DNA from: Piedraia hortae CBS 480.64
Taxonomy: Eukaryota
Length of the DNA: 64,000 nt
NCBI GenBank assembly: GCA_010093745.1
Contig: MU005957.1
Coordinates: 434,001-498,000, forward strand
Reading direction: 5' to 3'
Below, in pieces: positions 34,496-46,854 of this stretch; position 1 is the stretch's first letter; each line of letters starts with the position of its first letter. The notes beneath the pieces are model-generated. The model was not told the DNA's origin, did no database searches, and was given only the letters and a program-made list of their open reading frames with translations. A program made the translations under genes and the position numbers.

Positions 34496-37289
34496 CTATG
34501 CAGTCTCCTCCCCTAGGACCCGTTCGTCAGCCTCGGTGCTTACGACACCCATGGCCCAAAATAGCCGGGCCACAGCTCGCTTTTCCGTACCTTTGTTCGG
34601 AATGTGCGCAAGGTCGGGTACCTCGCTTGTGCCATTCAGCCGTATATCTTCACTCTTGGCATTTTTGGTGAAGCGTTTGTAGGGCGGCCCTTTTCCTGCC
34701 TGCGCCGCCTTGATCCATGCCGTTTCGATGCCGTGTGCTATAAGTTCGACACTGCCCCATCCCGTGCGTCGTGCAATGTTGACCAGGCGTTGTATTGTGA
34801 AGTGCCTTTGTGATGCATCGCAGTATTGTATCGCTGCAAAGAAGGTAGGCATTGCGCTTTCGCACAAGGCCGCGCTGAGCACGGGATTTGTTGGCTGGCC
34901 TGTTCGATCTAGTGCGATACCTGCACTGATTTGTCCAATGCGTAGCGCGTACTCTTCCGTATCGCGAGCAGCCAGGCCAGCTGCCACATGTGTGGCTGGT
35001 GGCATGCTGGGATGCAGCCTTAAGGTGATGATGAGAGCCATGTTGTAAAGCGCCCATAGACAGCCAATGTCGTAAGAACGGTAGAACAGGGCTGGCCCAA
35101 ACGGCGTCGGCATCTCAGGCTGGTATTCCGATGTGAGCGGTTGGAACGCCTCCCCCAGGCTGGCTGCGAAACGATCCAAGGCTGCACGTAGGCTCGCGTG
35201 GTCCTCTAACGCTATTCTGGTCGCCACCTCCACCTCGGCTGGCGTTGCTGAGGCCATGTCTGCACTTGGTGATGGATTTCGACCTGCGTGCAGATCTCGA
35301 ATTGACCCGTACGCTGCAGGCATGCTCACGTGTTGTGGAGACGGCCCAGCTGTTGTATTCCACGGGCTACCCTTGAGCTGCCATTGCCTTCGCTTGCGCG
35401 CCCGATCTCGGGACGCAAAATCGGCAATACGGCCCAGCAACAGAGTAAGATGATCAAATGAACCATGCACAGCATCAGCACGTCCGATGGCAGCCCGTGG
35501 TGGACATTCTCCCCAACGACTGTAGTCCAGCCTAATTTTCGTCAGCTCGCTGCACATGTTAAATAAAATCAAAGCCTTACATCAATGGATTGCCACTTAT
35601 CAGGCTTTGGTAGGCATCCTGTTTGCAATACCACCAGTACACGTCCTTTAGCATTTCAAAATTGGCCAGATCAATTTCAGGTGGAATGAGCGGTTCATGG
35701 CCAAGGCCTGGATCGTGATACCGCACGGGTCTGCCTACGAGCTGTCCCACCAAGCGTTCATCAAGGTCAGGAATCTGGTCAAGCAACTCATCCTCACCAA
35801 AGGATGGCGGTGGAGGCGACGAGGGATTGGCCATGGACCACTGACGCCTAGCGGCCCGTTCCAATTTCTTACGACAGAAATGGCGAGTCAGACTTACAAA
35901 GTCAGTCTCGATGAACAGTTTGGCTGAACCAGCCAAATGTGTGTTCCATTTCATATGCTCCGCTGCCATGACTTCGTAAAATCCAAGCAGTAGCGAGGCA
36001 GCAATGGTCGTTACCTTTCGACGACGCTTGGGGTCCCCAACCCAAGCGTGCACACGCCGCAGCGCCCAAGAGTAATGTTGCATTGACGGCGTTAACGAAG
36101 CGTTCTTTAGACGGGCGATATGCAAACTGGAGAGGGCCAGCATAGCATGTAGCAAGCCCTGATGGTGAAGAGCTGCCATGGGCATGGCATAGGTCCAGAT
36201 GCCCTGTTGGGACAACGGAATGGGGCTATGAGAGAAAAGAATCGACGTGTTACGGGGCTGACGCTCGAAAATCGACAGGCCAGGCCCCGTCACGGCAATG
36301 AAATGGGCAAAGACACGCGCCGTAGCTGCGTTTTTTAATGGATTCGCAACCCATTCTGGCTTGTACGTAGCGAGCATGCCATCGCCGATAAAGGCATCAC
36401 ATCGACGCATGCGCCAGTCGTCCATAGGCATTCGGTGCTCCATGATGATCCCGTCCAGCGGGCGTTGCGCATCAGCACCTTCAAGTTCATCCTCTGAGTT
36501 AACATCGTAATAATCGTCATCCTGACGCTCAACGGCTGCCTCCAGCAGCAGGTGATTTGGAGACATGGGGTCCGAAGTGAAAACAGGAGTGTTGTAAAGG
36601 TCACCCTCTGTGAAAGCCATGGCTGGAGCATACACGTTCGTAACAGCTGGCTGGAAGCTTCCAGAGGCCGAAAGAGCTGGCTGGGCTCCCAATTCTGACC
36701 CACTTGTTTTCCAAAAGGTCTCGGGAGAAGCGTTTGTCATTTGCTGGGGCATGGGTGGAGGCATTGGCATAAACGGGCCCCCGGCGTACAGTGGTGCCGG
36801 TGGAGGATATGTCCCACACGGTGGATAGAATAAATTGGAGAGATCATCGTTTGTGAAGAACGGCTGTGTAAATGAGGGCTCCTGATGGTGTGGAAGTGAC
36901 AGTGTGTGTGAAGGAAGTGACATTGTGTGTGGTGGAAGCTGCGCTTGCTGCGCAGGAGCAGTGGAAGCGGGCTGAGGATAGTAGGGAACAGTACCGGCAT
37001 CAGATTGATCTTCGCCGGCACGCATTGGAGGAGGAAAGGCGAGGGTAGGCGGCCTAAAGGTTATGGGCTGGTTGTAGCCGTCGCAATGGCGCTTGCTCTT
37101 GATGCAATTGCGACATATCGGTCGCGTCTCGTCACACTTGATTCGCCTCTTGCGACATGTCAGGCACCCCGTTTTGGTACGTTTTCGTGGTTGGTTTGTG
37201 CGCGCAGATCGCGGGTTTGCGCTCGACTTTGCCGCTTTTGCCGTTCGCTCGGCTCCCGCACGCGCGGACGCGTTGCCGGAGCCGTCCAT
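34496..37289 (-). CDS. Zn(II)2Cys6 transcription factor (Fungal_trans_2-type C-terminal domain)
   Basis: [50 protein letters not shown]; intron 35532-35580 joins SGNPLM to [13 protein letters not shown]. Confidence 0.93.
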
Positions 37290-37794
37290 CGGTCGCCTGT
37301 CAGACCTGCGGGGCTGGAATAGAAGATTTTATGGGAAATGTCACCCAGTAATATGTGGGGACCGGGGCTGAGGCCACGCGAGGGCCACGAGAGTGATAGA
37401 TTGACGGGCGCCGAGGTGTCGGGACGGCACGAGCTGCATCCGGTGGCTTTTGTGGACAAGGGCTGGCGCTACAGCTATCTCATTACAAGTTTATAGAGAG
37501 GTCGCCGGAGGAGAAGTGAAGGAAAAAAAAAAAGATTGAGAACGAAGCTGAATTTTAGACTGGCATGACAGTTGACGTCGTTCGGCCCCAGGCCACGCCG
37601 GCGCTAATTACAAAACTTGCTGCATCCAGCGGCCTAATTCGCGCTTCTTCCCTTCTCTTTTGGGGAATTATGGATCCGACGGCAGCCATCCTCCCGCTCC
37701 CGGGCCGGGGCAATCCGAAGAAGGACATTGGGCTGGAGCCCTATTATTAATAGTACACTTTATGCTTGATCATCAGATATCCACACAATGCCTT

Positions 37795-40700
37795 TCATCT
37801 GTTGTCTTCCTCTTCCCTTTCAACATCCTCCTCAACCTTGGTGTCTTTTTCGTTTTCCCCTAGCCTGCCCTTCCATACTTTGTTGGCCTTTTCTGTCGTC
37901 ATGTTTGGAAATACGAGGTCAAACACCTCGTGATACCATTCCACTGGTCGGCCTTCGATTCCTTCTTGAATGGCCGATGGCAGCTCTTCCCAATCGCCGA
38001 GGTTGTCTCGAGGGAAGATTATCATTTTTGCCCCGGCCCTTCGGGCTGCCACCGTCTTCTCACGTAGCCCACCAATGCGTAGCACACGACCCGTTACAGT
38101 TAGTTCTCCAGTCATGGCGATTTGTCCATCCAGGGGCGTGTCCAGTGCCAGAGAGAGTAGTGATGTGGCCATGGTGATACCAGCCGACGGTCCATCCTTG
38201 GGCACGGCACCCTCGGGGCAGTGTAGGTGGACACGTACCCGCTCCAAAAATTCGTTCTGGGGGTAATTGCGGGCCATTAGGCCCTTGACAAAGGAATAAG
38301 CAATAGCTGTGCTCTCCTTCATTACCGGCCGTAGGTTTCCAGTGCGTTCAAGGCCTGGTCTGGGTCGTCCGGTCAACCCAGACTCTGCAATAGATTCCAC
38401 ATAAAGCGCTGCGCCGCCCATCTGCGTCCATGCCAACCCCATTGCCACCCCGGGTGGCGTAGTCTCGTACAGGCGGTCTGACGTGAATATAGGAGGGCCC
38501 ACATAATCACGCAGATTATCCTTGTTGATGGACACTTGCACTCCTTCCGGTACCTCCATGCCTTGTACAGTCTTCGCCACTTCCTCTGAGCCCTTGTTAC
38601 CCTCGGTCGATTTTGTCGATTTTGTCTCTTCCTCTGTTACAGCCTTGTCTTGGTCTATGGTTTCGTTGGTAACGACTTTGCACTCGGACGCCTCTTTGGG
38701 AGGTTCTTCAGTCTCACCAACATCCTCTACGATGCGGAGTGCAGCCTTGCGGTAGACCTTTTCGATCTGCTTCTTCAGGTTTCGCACACCTGACTCGCGA
38801 CAGTATCGATTAATTAGCTCTAGTAAGGCATCGCCTTCCAGACGCACATCGGCCTTGCCCAAGCCACTTCCTTCGCGCGCTTGGGGGGCAAGGTAGCGCT
38901 CTGCAATGGCCATCTTCTCGTCAGCCACGTAGCCAGACAGCTCAATGACTTCCATGCGATCCAGCAGCGGCCGTGGAATCGTGTCCAACACGTTGGCAGT
39001 GCACATGAAAAGCACCTTGGACAGGTCCACAGGCACATCCATGTAGTGGTCTAGGAAACTCCCATTCTGCTCTGGATCCAACAGCTCCAGCAACGCACTG
39101 GAAGGGTCGCCTTGATGGCCACGCCCAATCTTATCCACTTCATCAATCAGCACCAACGGGTTTTCTGTCCCGCACTTTTTCAATGCCTGGATGATGCGTC
39201 CAGGCAGAGCGCCCACATATGTTCGTCTGTGGCCTTTGATCTCAGCTACATCGGTCAGACCTCCTACAGAGAAGCGGTAGTACTGTCGGTTGAGCGCTCG
39301 CGCTACTGACTTTCCAATCGACGTTTTGCCCACGCCTGGAGGCCCAACAAGACACAGGATCTTGCCCTCCACCGAGCCCCGTAGCTTTCCTACAGCGATG
39401 AACTCGAGGATGCGATCTTTGACGTCTTTGAGCCCGTAATGGTCTGCGTCCAGCACTTCCCTCGCGTTTTTAACTCCAAAATTTTCCACTGATCGCTTGC
39501 CCCATGGAATCTGCGTCAGCCAGTCGAGGTAGTTCCTTGTGACGTTGAACTCGCTTGCCGCGGGTTCCAGATGCGCTAATTTATTGATTTCCTCGTCAAA
39601 GACCTTTTTGACCGCCTCTGGCATGGCCAACTTTGAGGCCTTTTCTTTGAAGGTCTCCACCAACTTGTCCTTGCCGTCTGTCTCGAGGCCCAGTTCGCGG
39701 CGGATCCCCTTCATCTGCTCCATAAGCCAGTATTCCCGTTGCCGCTTCTGGATCTTTGATTCAACGTCCTTGCTAATTTTGCTGCTTAGCTGGGCGTTCA
39801 TGTGTTCTTTCTTGATGACCTCTAGGGCTTTGGAAAGCCGTTTCTCGATATCCACGCTAGCCAAGACCTCTTGGGCCTCTTCCATCTCGCCGCCGCTGAC
39901 AGCCGCCGCAAAGTCGGCTAATTTCGCTGGCTCGTCGGCAATATTAGCGGCGGATTGTGACATGGCAAAGGCGCTGACATGATCCCGGAAGAGGTTGTTA
40001 ACGTTTCCGATTTCTTTGCAGGTGTTTACGATCTCAGATACCAGTGCGCGGACAGTAGGCGACCGCTTATCCACTGGCTTATCTGGAAGGTTCTCGACAT
40101 TAACCACTGACACGGGCCAGCTGCGCAAAAAGGAAGTCGGGCTCAGCACACCGCTCTGTGGTTCTTCCTGCTGTACGCCCTTTTCTGGCTCGTCCTTTTG
40201 CTGCTCTTCGAAGCTAGCTGTGACTGCACCCTTTTGCTCGTCCGTCTCGGGCCGTTCGCCCTGCTCGGCAGCCGGAACGGCTTGAACAGTTGCCCGTCCA
40301 GATGTACTAGGGGTAGATTGGTTGGGAGGGGTGAGTCCTGTCAGTCTTATTCGTCGATGCGGGTATAATACGGCCTGCAGCGTCTTTTCGTCGGCGTGGC
40401 CGGCCGAGAAAGCGCCTGTGACCTGGCAAAATGTGCCCACATCGTACACTTCACTGGGCTCGTTGATGACATCTTGTTTGCCCTCTGGATCCTTGAGGAG
40501 AAAGGCGCCCACGTAGCTCTGGCCACGTTTGAGCAGTTCCTGCACGGCGGCGATGACATTTGGATCGCGAATGGTAATGGCCTTGTAGAAGCCCGGAAAG
40601 AGCGGTCTCTGAGCGATGGGGATGGCAAGTACTTGTGGATACACATCTGGCACCTGTGGTTTAGCCAGCTCTCTTGATGCGTTGGACCGGGACCGTTTCC

Positions 40701-41118
40701 TGCCTCCACCACTACCACTACCACCGCTGCCCTCTTCGCTTCCGCTTCCGTTTTTGCTCCCAGAATCGTCGCCATTACCACCACCTGCCGCTGCTGGTGC
40801 GCCGTCTGCTGCAGAGGGTATAGGCGTCGGCTCGGACGATTTGTTCTTGGCCTCGACTTCCTCCTCTTGCTCTTTTCGGAGTCGCTTGGCTGTTTCTTCC
40901 TCTTGCATTCGAGAGCCCTTTCCCTTTCCGCTGCCTTCCCGCCGCCGTGCTCTTGACGAAGCAAAAGCGCGACTCAGCAACAGCGTTGCAGGAGATTGTC
41001 GGGCCGGCTGCCATTGCGTAGCGCCATGTATGCCTAATCGCGATCGACATGTTCGGCAAATTATGTCCGCCGGGACACGCTGTAGCGACCGCCACAGCTG
41101 GACATGTCCATATACCAT
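37795..41118 (-). CDS. PIM1: Mitochondrial Lon protease
   Basis: PLFPGFYKA, GPPGVGKTS, LIDEVDK, PKDGPSAG (catalytic Ser), IGGLREK (catalytic Lys); intronless. Confidence 0.97.
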   Translation of the reverse strand: MVYGHVQLWRSLQRVPADIICRTCRSRLGIHGATQWQPARQSPATLLLSRAFASSRARRREGSGKGKGSRMQEEETAKRLRKEQEEEVEAKNKSSEPTPIPSAADGAPAAAGGGNGDDSGSKNGSGSEEGSGGSGSGGGRKRSRSNASRELAKPQVPDVYPQVLAIPIAQRPLFPGFYKAITIRDPNVIAAVQELLKRGQSYVGAFLLKDPEGKQDVINEPSEVYDVGTFCQVTGAFSAGHADEKTLQAVLYPHRRIRLTGLTPPNQSTPSTSGRATVQAVPAAEQGERPETDEQKGAVTASFEEQQKDEPEKGVQQEEPQSGVLSPTSFLRSWPVSVVNVENLPDKPVDKRSPTVRALVSEIVNTCKEIGNVNNLFRDHVSAFAMSQSAANIADEPAKLADFAAAVSGGEMEEAQEVLASVDIEKRLSKALEVIKKEHMNAQLSSKISKDVESKIQKRQREYWLMEQMKGIRRELGLETDGKDKLVETFKEKASKLAMPEAVKKVFDEEINKLAHLEPAASEFNVTRNYLDWLTQIPWGKRSVENFGVKNAREVLDADHYGLKDVKDRILEFIAVGKLRGSVEGKILCLVGPPGVGKTSIGKSVARALNRQYYRFSVGGLTDVAEIKGHRRTYVGALPGRIIQALKKCGTENPLVLIDEVDKIGRGHQGDPSSALLELLDPEQNGSFLDHYMDVPVDLSKVLFMCTANVLDTIPRPLLDRMEVIELSGYVADEKMAIAERYLAPQAREGSGLGKADVRLEGDALLELINRYCRESGVRNLKKQIEKVYRKAALRIVEDVGETEEPPKEASECKVVTNETIDQDKAVTEEETKSTKSTEGNKGSEEVAKTVQGMEVPEGVQVSINKDNLRDYVGPPIFTSDRLYETTPPGVAMGLAWTQMGGAALYVESIAESGLTGRPRPGLERTGNLRPVMKESTAIAYSFVKGLMARNYPQNEFLERVRVHLHCPEGAVPKDGPSAGITMATSLLSLALDTPLDGQIAMTGELTVTGRVLRIGGLREKTVAARRAGAKMIIFPRDNLGDWEELPSAIQEGIEGRPVEWYHEVFDLVFPNMTTEKANKVWKGRLGENEKDTKVEEDVEREEEDNR

Positions 41119-42319
41119 GCTCGTCTTGCCTCTAAGCCCTTCCGTGACCTTCCTTGATCTATGCGATGAGGAACCGAAGAGCTTTGGTAACAGTGGCGAT
41201 CCGAAGTCTTATCAGATCATCTCCGCATTTCCGCTAACTCTATTGGGATGTAAGCCGCACACGTGACTAAAAACTGATAGCGAATCGTTGGAGCACACGT
41301 TTTCTGATCTTGTTTCTCCTTCTTGTATTATAAATCAGACTATCTGCTATCTTGTGTAAACACTTGTCATGAAGCTGGTAGGTTTGACATGCGGCCCGTT
41401 CCCGTCTTGGCAAGACACAGTGGCATGTGAGGCTTGAAACAAATTCTGCCAGCTCATCTACGAAGCAGTGATCAATCTGGTAAGCATTTGTTCTGCTCTT
41501 CTTTTATCCATGGACCATCATGGTGGTGGGTAGTTGCACTGCTCTATCTTTATTCACGAACAACTATCGTCGTGGACAACGAGTTATGACTTCACTGTTC
41601 TACTTCCGAAAGATTATTCATGTCTACTTCATAGCAGCTTCGCGTGTCTAAACTTGGTAGTAAATTCTCTATTCTATAACCATAACCCTCTCTACGACAG
41701 CCCTACCAGTTCCATCATCTTTTTCCAGTCCACGCATCCTAAAATTCCCGCTCTAACACCTAAGCTTGAAAATTTATCCCCTCACAAATGTATCAACATG
41801 ACTCTTCCATCTCCAATCAAGCTGTCACATCAACTTCCCATCAGATTATAATCAAAATCATACACGTCTCAGATCACCTCGACGTCCTTTCACACCACAT
41901 TCGATAATCCTCAGGCATATCTTGAAGGAGAGGGCAGCTGCTGAGCAAATCGGCAAGCGCCTGCCCAGTTTAGTCGAATTTTTCACGGATCCTCTGTCTT
42001 GCGCCAATTGGGTTGTCTCATCCGGGTTCGCACTGGGCATTGCCGAGGGGGGGAGGGCTGGCAGATGGCTATGCGCCATCTGACAATTTTCCGATGCCCT
42101 TTGAATTTTTTTAACACATCAATGGACGTAGACTGGAGTATTGAAGCACACCAGCATGATTTGTGGTGTTTTCCAGTCACATTATGTGGGCCTGTGGGAT
42201 CACCATGCACAAATATGTAAACTATGCAATTTAGAAACTTTCTCTTGGCGATAAAACGAAAAAACCTCATGCGGGTGTCACAACGCGAGGCTAAGGACGT
42301 GAGGTCGGGGACGAGAGAT

Positions 42320-43001
42320 CGATGAGAAACAAGGGTGGGAGGTTCAAAGCAAATGGGCTATGGACGAGAGGACTGCGTAGACCCTATGTAGACAGAGAAC
42401 AATGCATGAAGAAGAGAAAAGAAGAGTCAGTGCCGCCTGTGTGCCGCAGAGTGATACCACTAGGCTCGGGCCGTGGACGGACCGGACCCTTATGCATAAC
42501 TTAGGCCCTGAGTTCTGGCAGCGGGTCTATTTGTTATGCTTCAAACATACTTCTTCACACAAGTGTAGAGCTTACATGGCCAGTTTTGCTATTGAATTTC
42601 ATCTTGCTGTCAGATTCCCATTCGACATTAACTTTCCATTTCTGGCCATCCATCCACTCCAATCTACATCTCGGATGAAAATCCAGGAAGGTTTAAAATG
42701 TGTGGTTTGTCTATTGTGAACCAAGGGCTTCGTTCCAATCATCGACATCTTGCCAAAATCTGACGGAATTTATAGATTTGAGATTGGTCTGTTCTCTCCA
42801 CCTTGGTCTTCTCAACAGAACTCTCAAAGTGTTATTCAACGCGAGGCGAGAGGAGACAAGTCAGCTTGCGAGTGTTGGTTTCACGGTACAGTCTCTGAAT
42901 ATTTTACAGAAGATGGTGAGGCCCTCGCCAGTCCTAATCGACATTACACCAAAGCAATCACATTCTCGCATGTAGAATTGAAAATACTACAAATGGATTA
43001 A
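42320..43001 (+). pseudogene. Possible decayed lineage-specific gene fragment(s)
   Basis: Protein-like peptides (VPIIDILPKSDGIYRFEIG..., WFHGTVSEYFTEDG) interrupted by stops and frame changes; no family recognised. Confidence 0.2.
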
Positions 43002-43898
43002 ATATGCCCGGCACGGTAAGACATGCATGACTTTGCATCGCCATTGTTTGAAGTTTTAGTGAAGATTTTGAGGCTTAACCGGGAACGAGTTTCCCAACTG
43101 CAGCCGGGAGTTGATACATAATCCTTTCAACCAAAAATATGAACATATGCCTCCAAATACGGAGGGTTGCTCATGAGATAATGAAATCAACCAGTCGCTA
43201 CTGCCAGCAGACAGTATGGTCTCCCAGTCTGCCTATACGTTCATAATCAAGGTTATATCATCCATAAGCCGTTTACATTCACCCTGAATTTTTCCGCTCA
43301 TGAACCTTTCCAAACAAAAGCAATGACAAAAGTCAGAGCATGAAAATCGTGACAAAAGGTTATTACCCACGGTGCCAAGAAAACTTGACTCGTTTTACGG
43401 GTCATGAAAATTTGATGCGAAGCATCTCCGCAAATCGAGCGCACGAAAGATTTCGAAGAGACACAGCAGGGAGAATTTCTCAAGGAGGGCTCCTATAAGC
43501 GTACACAAACGCCCACCCCGAAAAGGGGCAAACAGAATGAACAGATCCCACACTCGGGCTCTGCAAGCGCAGAAATTGGCTGGAAAAGAAGCCATCCTCA
43601 CTCTACATTTCCAAATTCCTTAATCACCCCTGGGTAGCAGAAAAATCTTAAAAACTAGCTGCATGTATTCATAGCAAGAAAAAAAGAAAGAATAAAACAT
43701 ATCTGCCACATCCCATTCCCTCTCACACAATTTCAAACCCCAACAACTCCTCCCAAGGAGGAAAAAAGGAAACTAATCATACACTCACGATGCCATAAAC
43801 GCATAACGCATATCCACATTCCCTGAGAAAAACTCCAATGCAACCCTCTCTAAAAAGATATCTCAGAAAAAAGGAACCAAAAAGTCGGGAGTGAACAG

Positions 43899-44939
43899 TT
43901 ACCACTCCTCCCCCTCCTCCACATTCTCATCATAATCATCAACATCATCACAAACCTCCACTTTCGTCCCTAATGCCTGCTGACCCATTCTGATGAGCTC
44001 TTCAAGTTTGCGGGACATGTCCGTCATTTGGGCATCAGCGAGACGGTCCTGTTTTGCGCGTCTGCGGACGAGACGTTCTGCTTCGGGGGTGACGAAGACT
44101 GCTGATGCGGCGCTGGCGGCACGGGAATGAGAACGGCCCAGGGAATTGGTCGACGCGACGCTTGCGCGGCGGACAGGGGAGTGGTGGGAATAAGAGTGGT
44201 TTTGGATATGGACGGGGGAGAGGGGTCTTGAGCCCCCACTGGGGGAAAGGCGGAGGGAACGGCGATTCGTATAGGACCGTCGGCCGAGGGTTGCGGATCG
44301 GGTAGGGATGCTACCGCATCGGGTTGGGCTGAGGAGCGATTCGTCTGGGACGACCCAGCTGTCTCTGCCTGAGCGGCGGCGTTTGTATGGCGGTCGACTG
44401 GGTGTTTTACTGCTGCTTAGTGGGGTTTCTGCGCCTACATCCGTGGCTTTGGTTGGGGTAGCTTCTTGGTTGTCTTGTTCGAAATCGCCAAGGAATTCGC
44501 GCGGTGGGAGCGGAGAGAGATCATATCCCTTTCCGCCACCAGCATAGAAGCCGCGGACTACGTTCGTACCGAACGTGAAAAGCTTCGCGACGACGAGGAA
44601 CGCGAGACCCGCTAACCCTGCGACCGAGACAGATGGCGCGACGGGCGCAGCGGGCGTTCGGGTTGCGGCTCGCGGGCGGTGATGCTGCCGCTGATCATGG
44701 GCCCTGGCAAGCGTCTCCGGCCCGCCAGGTGAAGATTCATTGACGCAGAAGCAAAACGTATCGGTGGACCAGTCCTGAGCGTCATCGGTTTGGTTGTCCT
44801 CGGCTCGACCGCGTTTGCGGGACAAGGCATCATTGGTGGAGGAGACAAAGTTTGCCGTGGCGGCGGACATGACTGGCGGCGGGTGAAGGAACAGCGGCGG
44901 CGGTGGGAACAACGGCGACGGCAAAGACTGGAGCGACAT
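43899..44939 (-). CDS. Uncharacterised fungal protein (Ser/Arg-rich, C-terminal coiled coil)
   Basis: 346-aa ORF; RGFYAGGGKGY and MSRKLEELIRMGQQALGTKVEV segments look like conserved blocks. Confidence 0.75.
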   Translation of the reverse strand: MSLQSLPSPLFPPPPLFLHPPPVMSAATANFVSSTNDALSRKRGRAEDNQTDDAQDWSTDTFCFCVNESSPGGPETLARAHDQRQHHRPRAATRTPAAPVAPSVSVAGLAGLAFLVVAKLFTFGTNVVRGFYAGGGKGYDLSPLPPREFLGDFEQDNQEATPTKATDVGAETPLSSSKTPSRPPYKRRRSGRDSWVVPDESLLSPTRCGSIPTRSATLGRRSYTNRRSLRLSPSGGSRPLSPVHIQNHSYSHHSPVRRASVASTNSLGRSHSRAASAASAVFVTPEAERLVRRRAKQDRLADAQMTDMSRKLEELIRMGQQALGTKVEVCDDVDDYDENVEEGEEW

Positions 44940-45128
44940 GCGATGGAAACGCGCAAAGTGCGCGGTCGGGTTGTCCCGATAATCTCACGGCTGTTTGGCC
45001 CAGGGTCCCTGTGGCGCGGCTAAAACGCGTGGCGCGTCGCGACTCGCAACTCCCGGGCGCCACGTGCGAGGGATTTCATTGGCTGCGTCGGGCTATTTAG
45101 GAGACTTCAGTTGGTGCATATTTACACA

Positions 45129-46475
45129 TCATGCATTCACTATCCACCCCATCCTACATGCAAACTCATAAATCACTTCGGCCTTGGGCGCGGCTACCAT
45201 CGCCTTGAACTTCTTCTTGCTGAGCTTTCCGTCGTTTTGCGACGATTGCACGAATATCTCGGCCTTCACAACGTTATATGCCTGCGGGGAGATGCCATGT
45301 TCAGAACACAGTTCCCGCTCCTTAGGCAGCAACAGGGTTGTATTCGACGCATCGTCATCGGGATATGCAGTGGTAGGCGAGATGCGATATGGCAGCGCAA
45401 ACGACTTGACGGCTGCCGCCTGGTCCTGCTTTTTGGTTTGCTGAGCTAAACGGTTGGCCAGTTCCATTTCGTACTGTTTGCCTGCCCTCAACGTTGTGAT
45501 TCCCTGCTGCCGCCATGTCTGCAGCTGTTTGATAGCCTGCCTCAGGTCGTGCTCCTTCATCATGTCCCGTGTGAACTGTTCAAAGTTCGCGGGCGACATG
45601 AGTCTCGCAAACGGCTTCAACTTTGCATAAAACTCTCGCTGGTCTGGTAACCGCGCCTTCTCCACTGCCGTATTTTTTCGGTATTCCAGAAGGTTGTGGC
45701 GGAGAATTATTTTTTTGCGGTCTGTCCGCAACGATACACGGTCGTTGTAAATGTTCATGACTAGCAGCTTGAGCTTCGTGTCAGGGTCAAAGTCGCCCGT
45801 GCTCGGATCTATGCCCTCTCCGGGCGTGAACTGAAGATGTTGAACCGCTTCTTCAGCCTCGTTAAGGTGCTCATTCTCAAACTCCAGACGCCCAGGCATG
45901 TATCCTGCAACCTCATGGCAGCTAGGTACGGAAGATGCCGGTTTCTTGTTCACGGCAGCAGACGCCGAGGCGTTCGCAGCGCGCTCAGTCTTGCGTTGCT
46001 CGATGCGACGCTTCTTACGTGCTTGAAACTCGTCGCGCGGAATGGCATCACTCAGGCTGGTGTCGTTGGGATTGGAGCGTTCTGGCAGCGGGAACTTTGA
46101 TGAGTGAATATATGTGTCGAGGTAGTGCTGCTCAACTTCTTCCTTGGAACGATAATTTCCCACATAGTCTGCAATATCGGCCCAGCTGCCTAATCCAAAC
46201 TTTTCACAACCTTCAACCAGCAGAAGCTCTTCGTCAGCGCCCCAATCTTCGACAAAGATGGGGATGCTGTGGGGCTCAATGACCTGATATGAGTGGGTGC
46301 GCGCATCGTGGTTGGACCCCTCTGCACCCTTGGAGAAACATTCGACGCAGAGATCAAAGTCCTTGCAGATGGGATTGGCGCAATGGATGCGAACCGTCGA
46401 CGAGATGTCATTGGAGCAAAAATTGCACACGAACCGCGTCCCGCCTCCTTTTTTGCTCAGAGTCATGGTTACCAT
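45129..46475 (-). CDS. ADA2: SAGA/ADA complex transcriptional adaptor Ada2
   Basis: ZZ finger (CNFCSNDIS...DLCVECF), SANT (DWGADEELLL...GLGSWADIADYVG), GYMPGRLEF, SWIRM-like C-terminus. Confidence 0.95.
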   Translation of the reverse strand: MVTMTLSKKGGGTRFVCNFCSNDISSTVRIHCANPICKDFDLCVECFSKGAEGSNHDARTHSYQVIEPHSIPIFVEDWGADEELLLVEGCEKFGLGSWADIADYVGNYRSKEEVEQHYLDTYIHSSKFPLPERSNPNDTSLSDAIPRDEFQARKKRRIEQRKTERAANASASAAVNKKPASSVPSCHEVAGYMPGRLEFENEHLNEAEEAVQHLQFTPGEGIDPSTGDFDPDTKLKLLVMNIYNDRVSLRTDRKKIILRHNLLEYRKNTAVEKARLPDQREFYAKLKPFARLMSPANFEQFTRDMMKEHDLRQAIKQLQTWRQQGITTLRAGKQYEMELANRLAQQTKKQDQAAAVKSFALPYRISPTTAYPDDDASNTTLLLPKERELCSEHGISPQAYNVVKAEIFVQSSQNDGKLSKKKFKAMVAAPKAEVIYEFACRMGWIVNA

Positions 46476-46854
46476 CTTTGCTGATGTGTTTGCTGTTCCG
46501 TTTTATCGCTCGCTCACAACTTCCGAACGCGTTTTGGCGGGCGACTTCGTTGTTCGTTGTCCGCGATCCGGCACGTGACCTGTCACCGGCTTTGACACTT
46601 TCCGCATCCGGACAATGACAAGCTTGGCGATGCACACAAGTGAATTCCGGCCACATTTAAACTCTACGTAGACAGCACTGTGAAAAGACTAGCGAATCAA
46701 AGCAGCAAAAGACTGCCACTGCATCAATACGACAGACAGCCTCTGATCAATGCCAGCCCGTTTTACCTACATCCAGTCCAGAGTCATAATGGCCCGCCAA
46801 TGCTGTACTGCTGTCCACATGCTGTGATCTGCCCACGTGAGTCGTCAACTTCGT

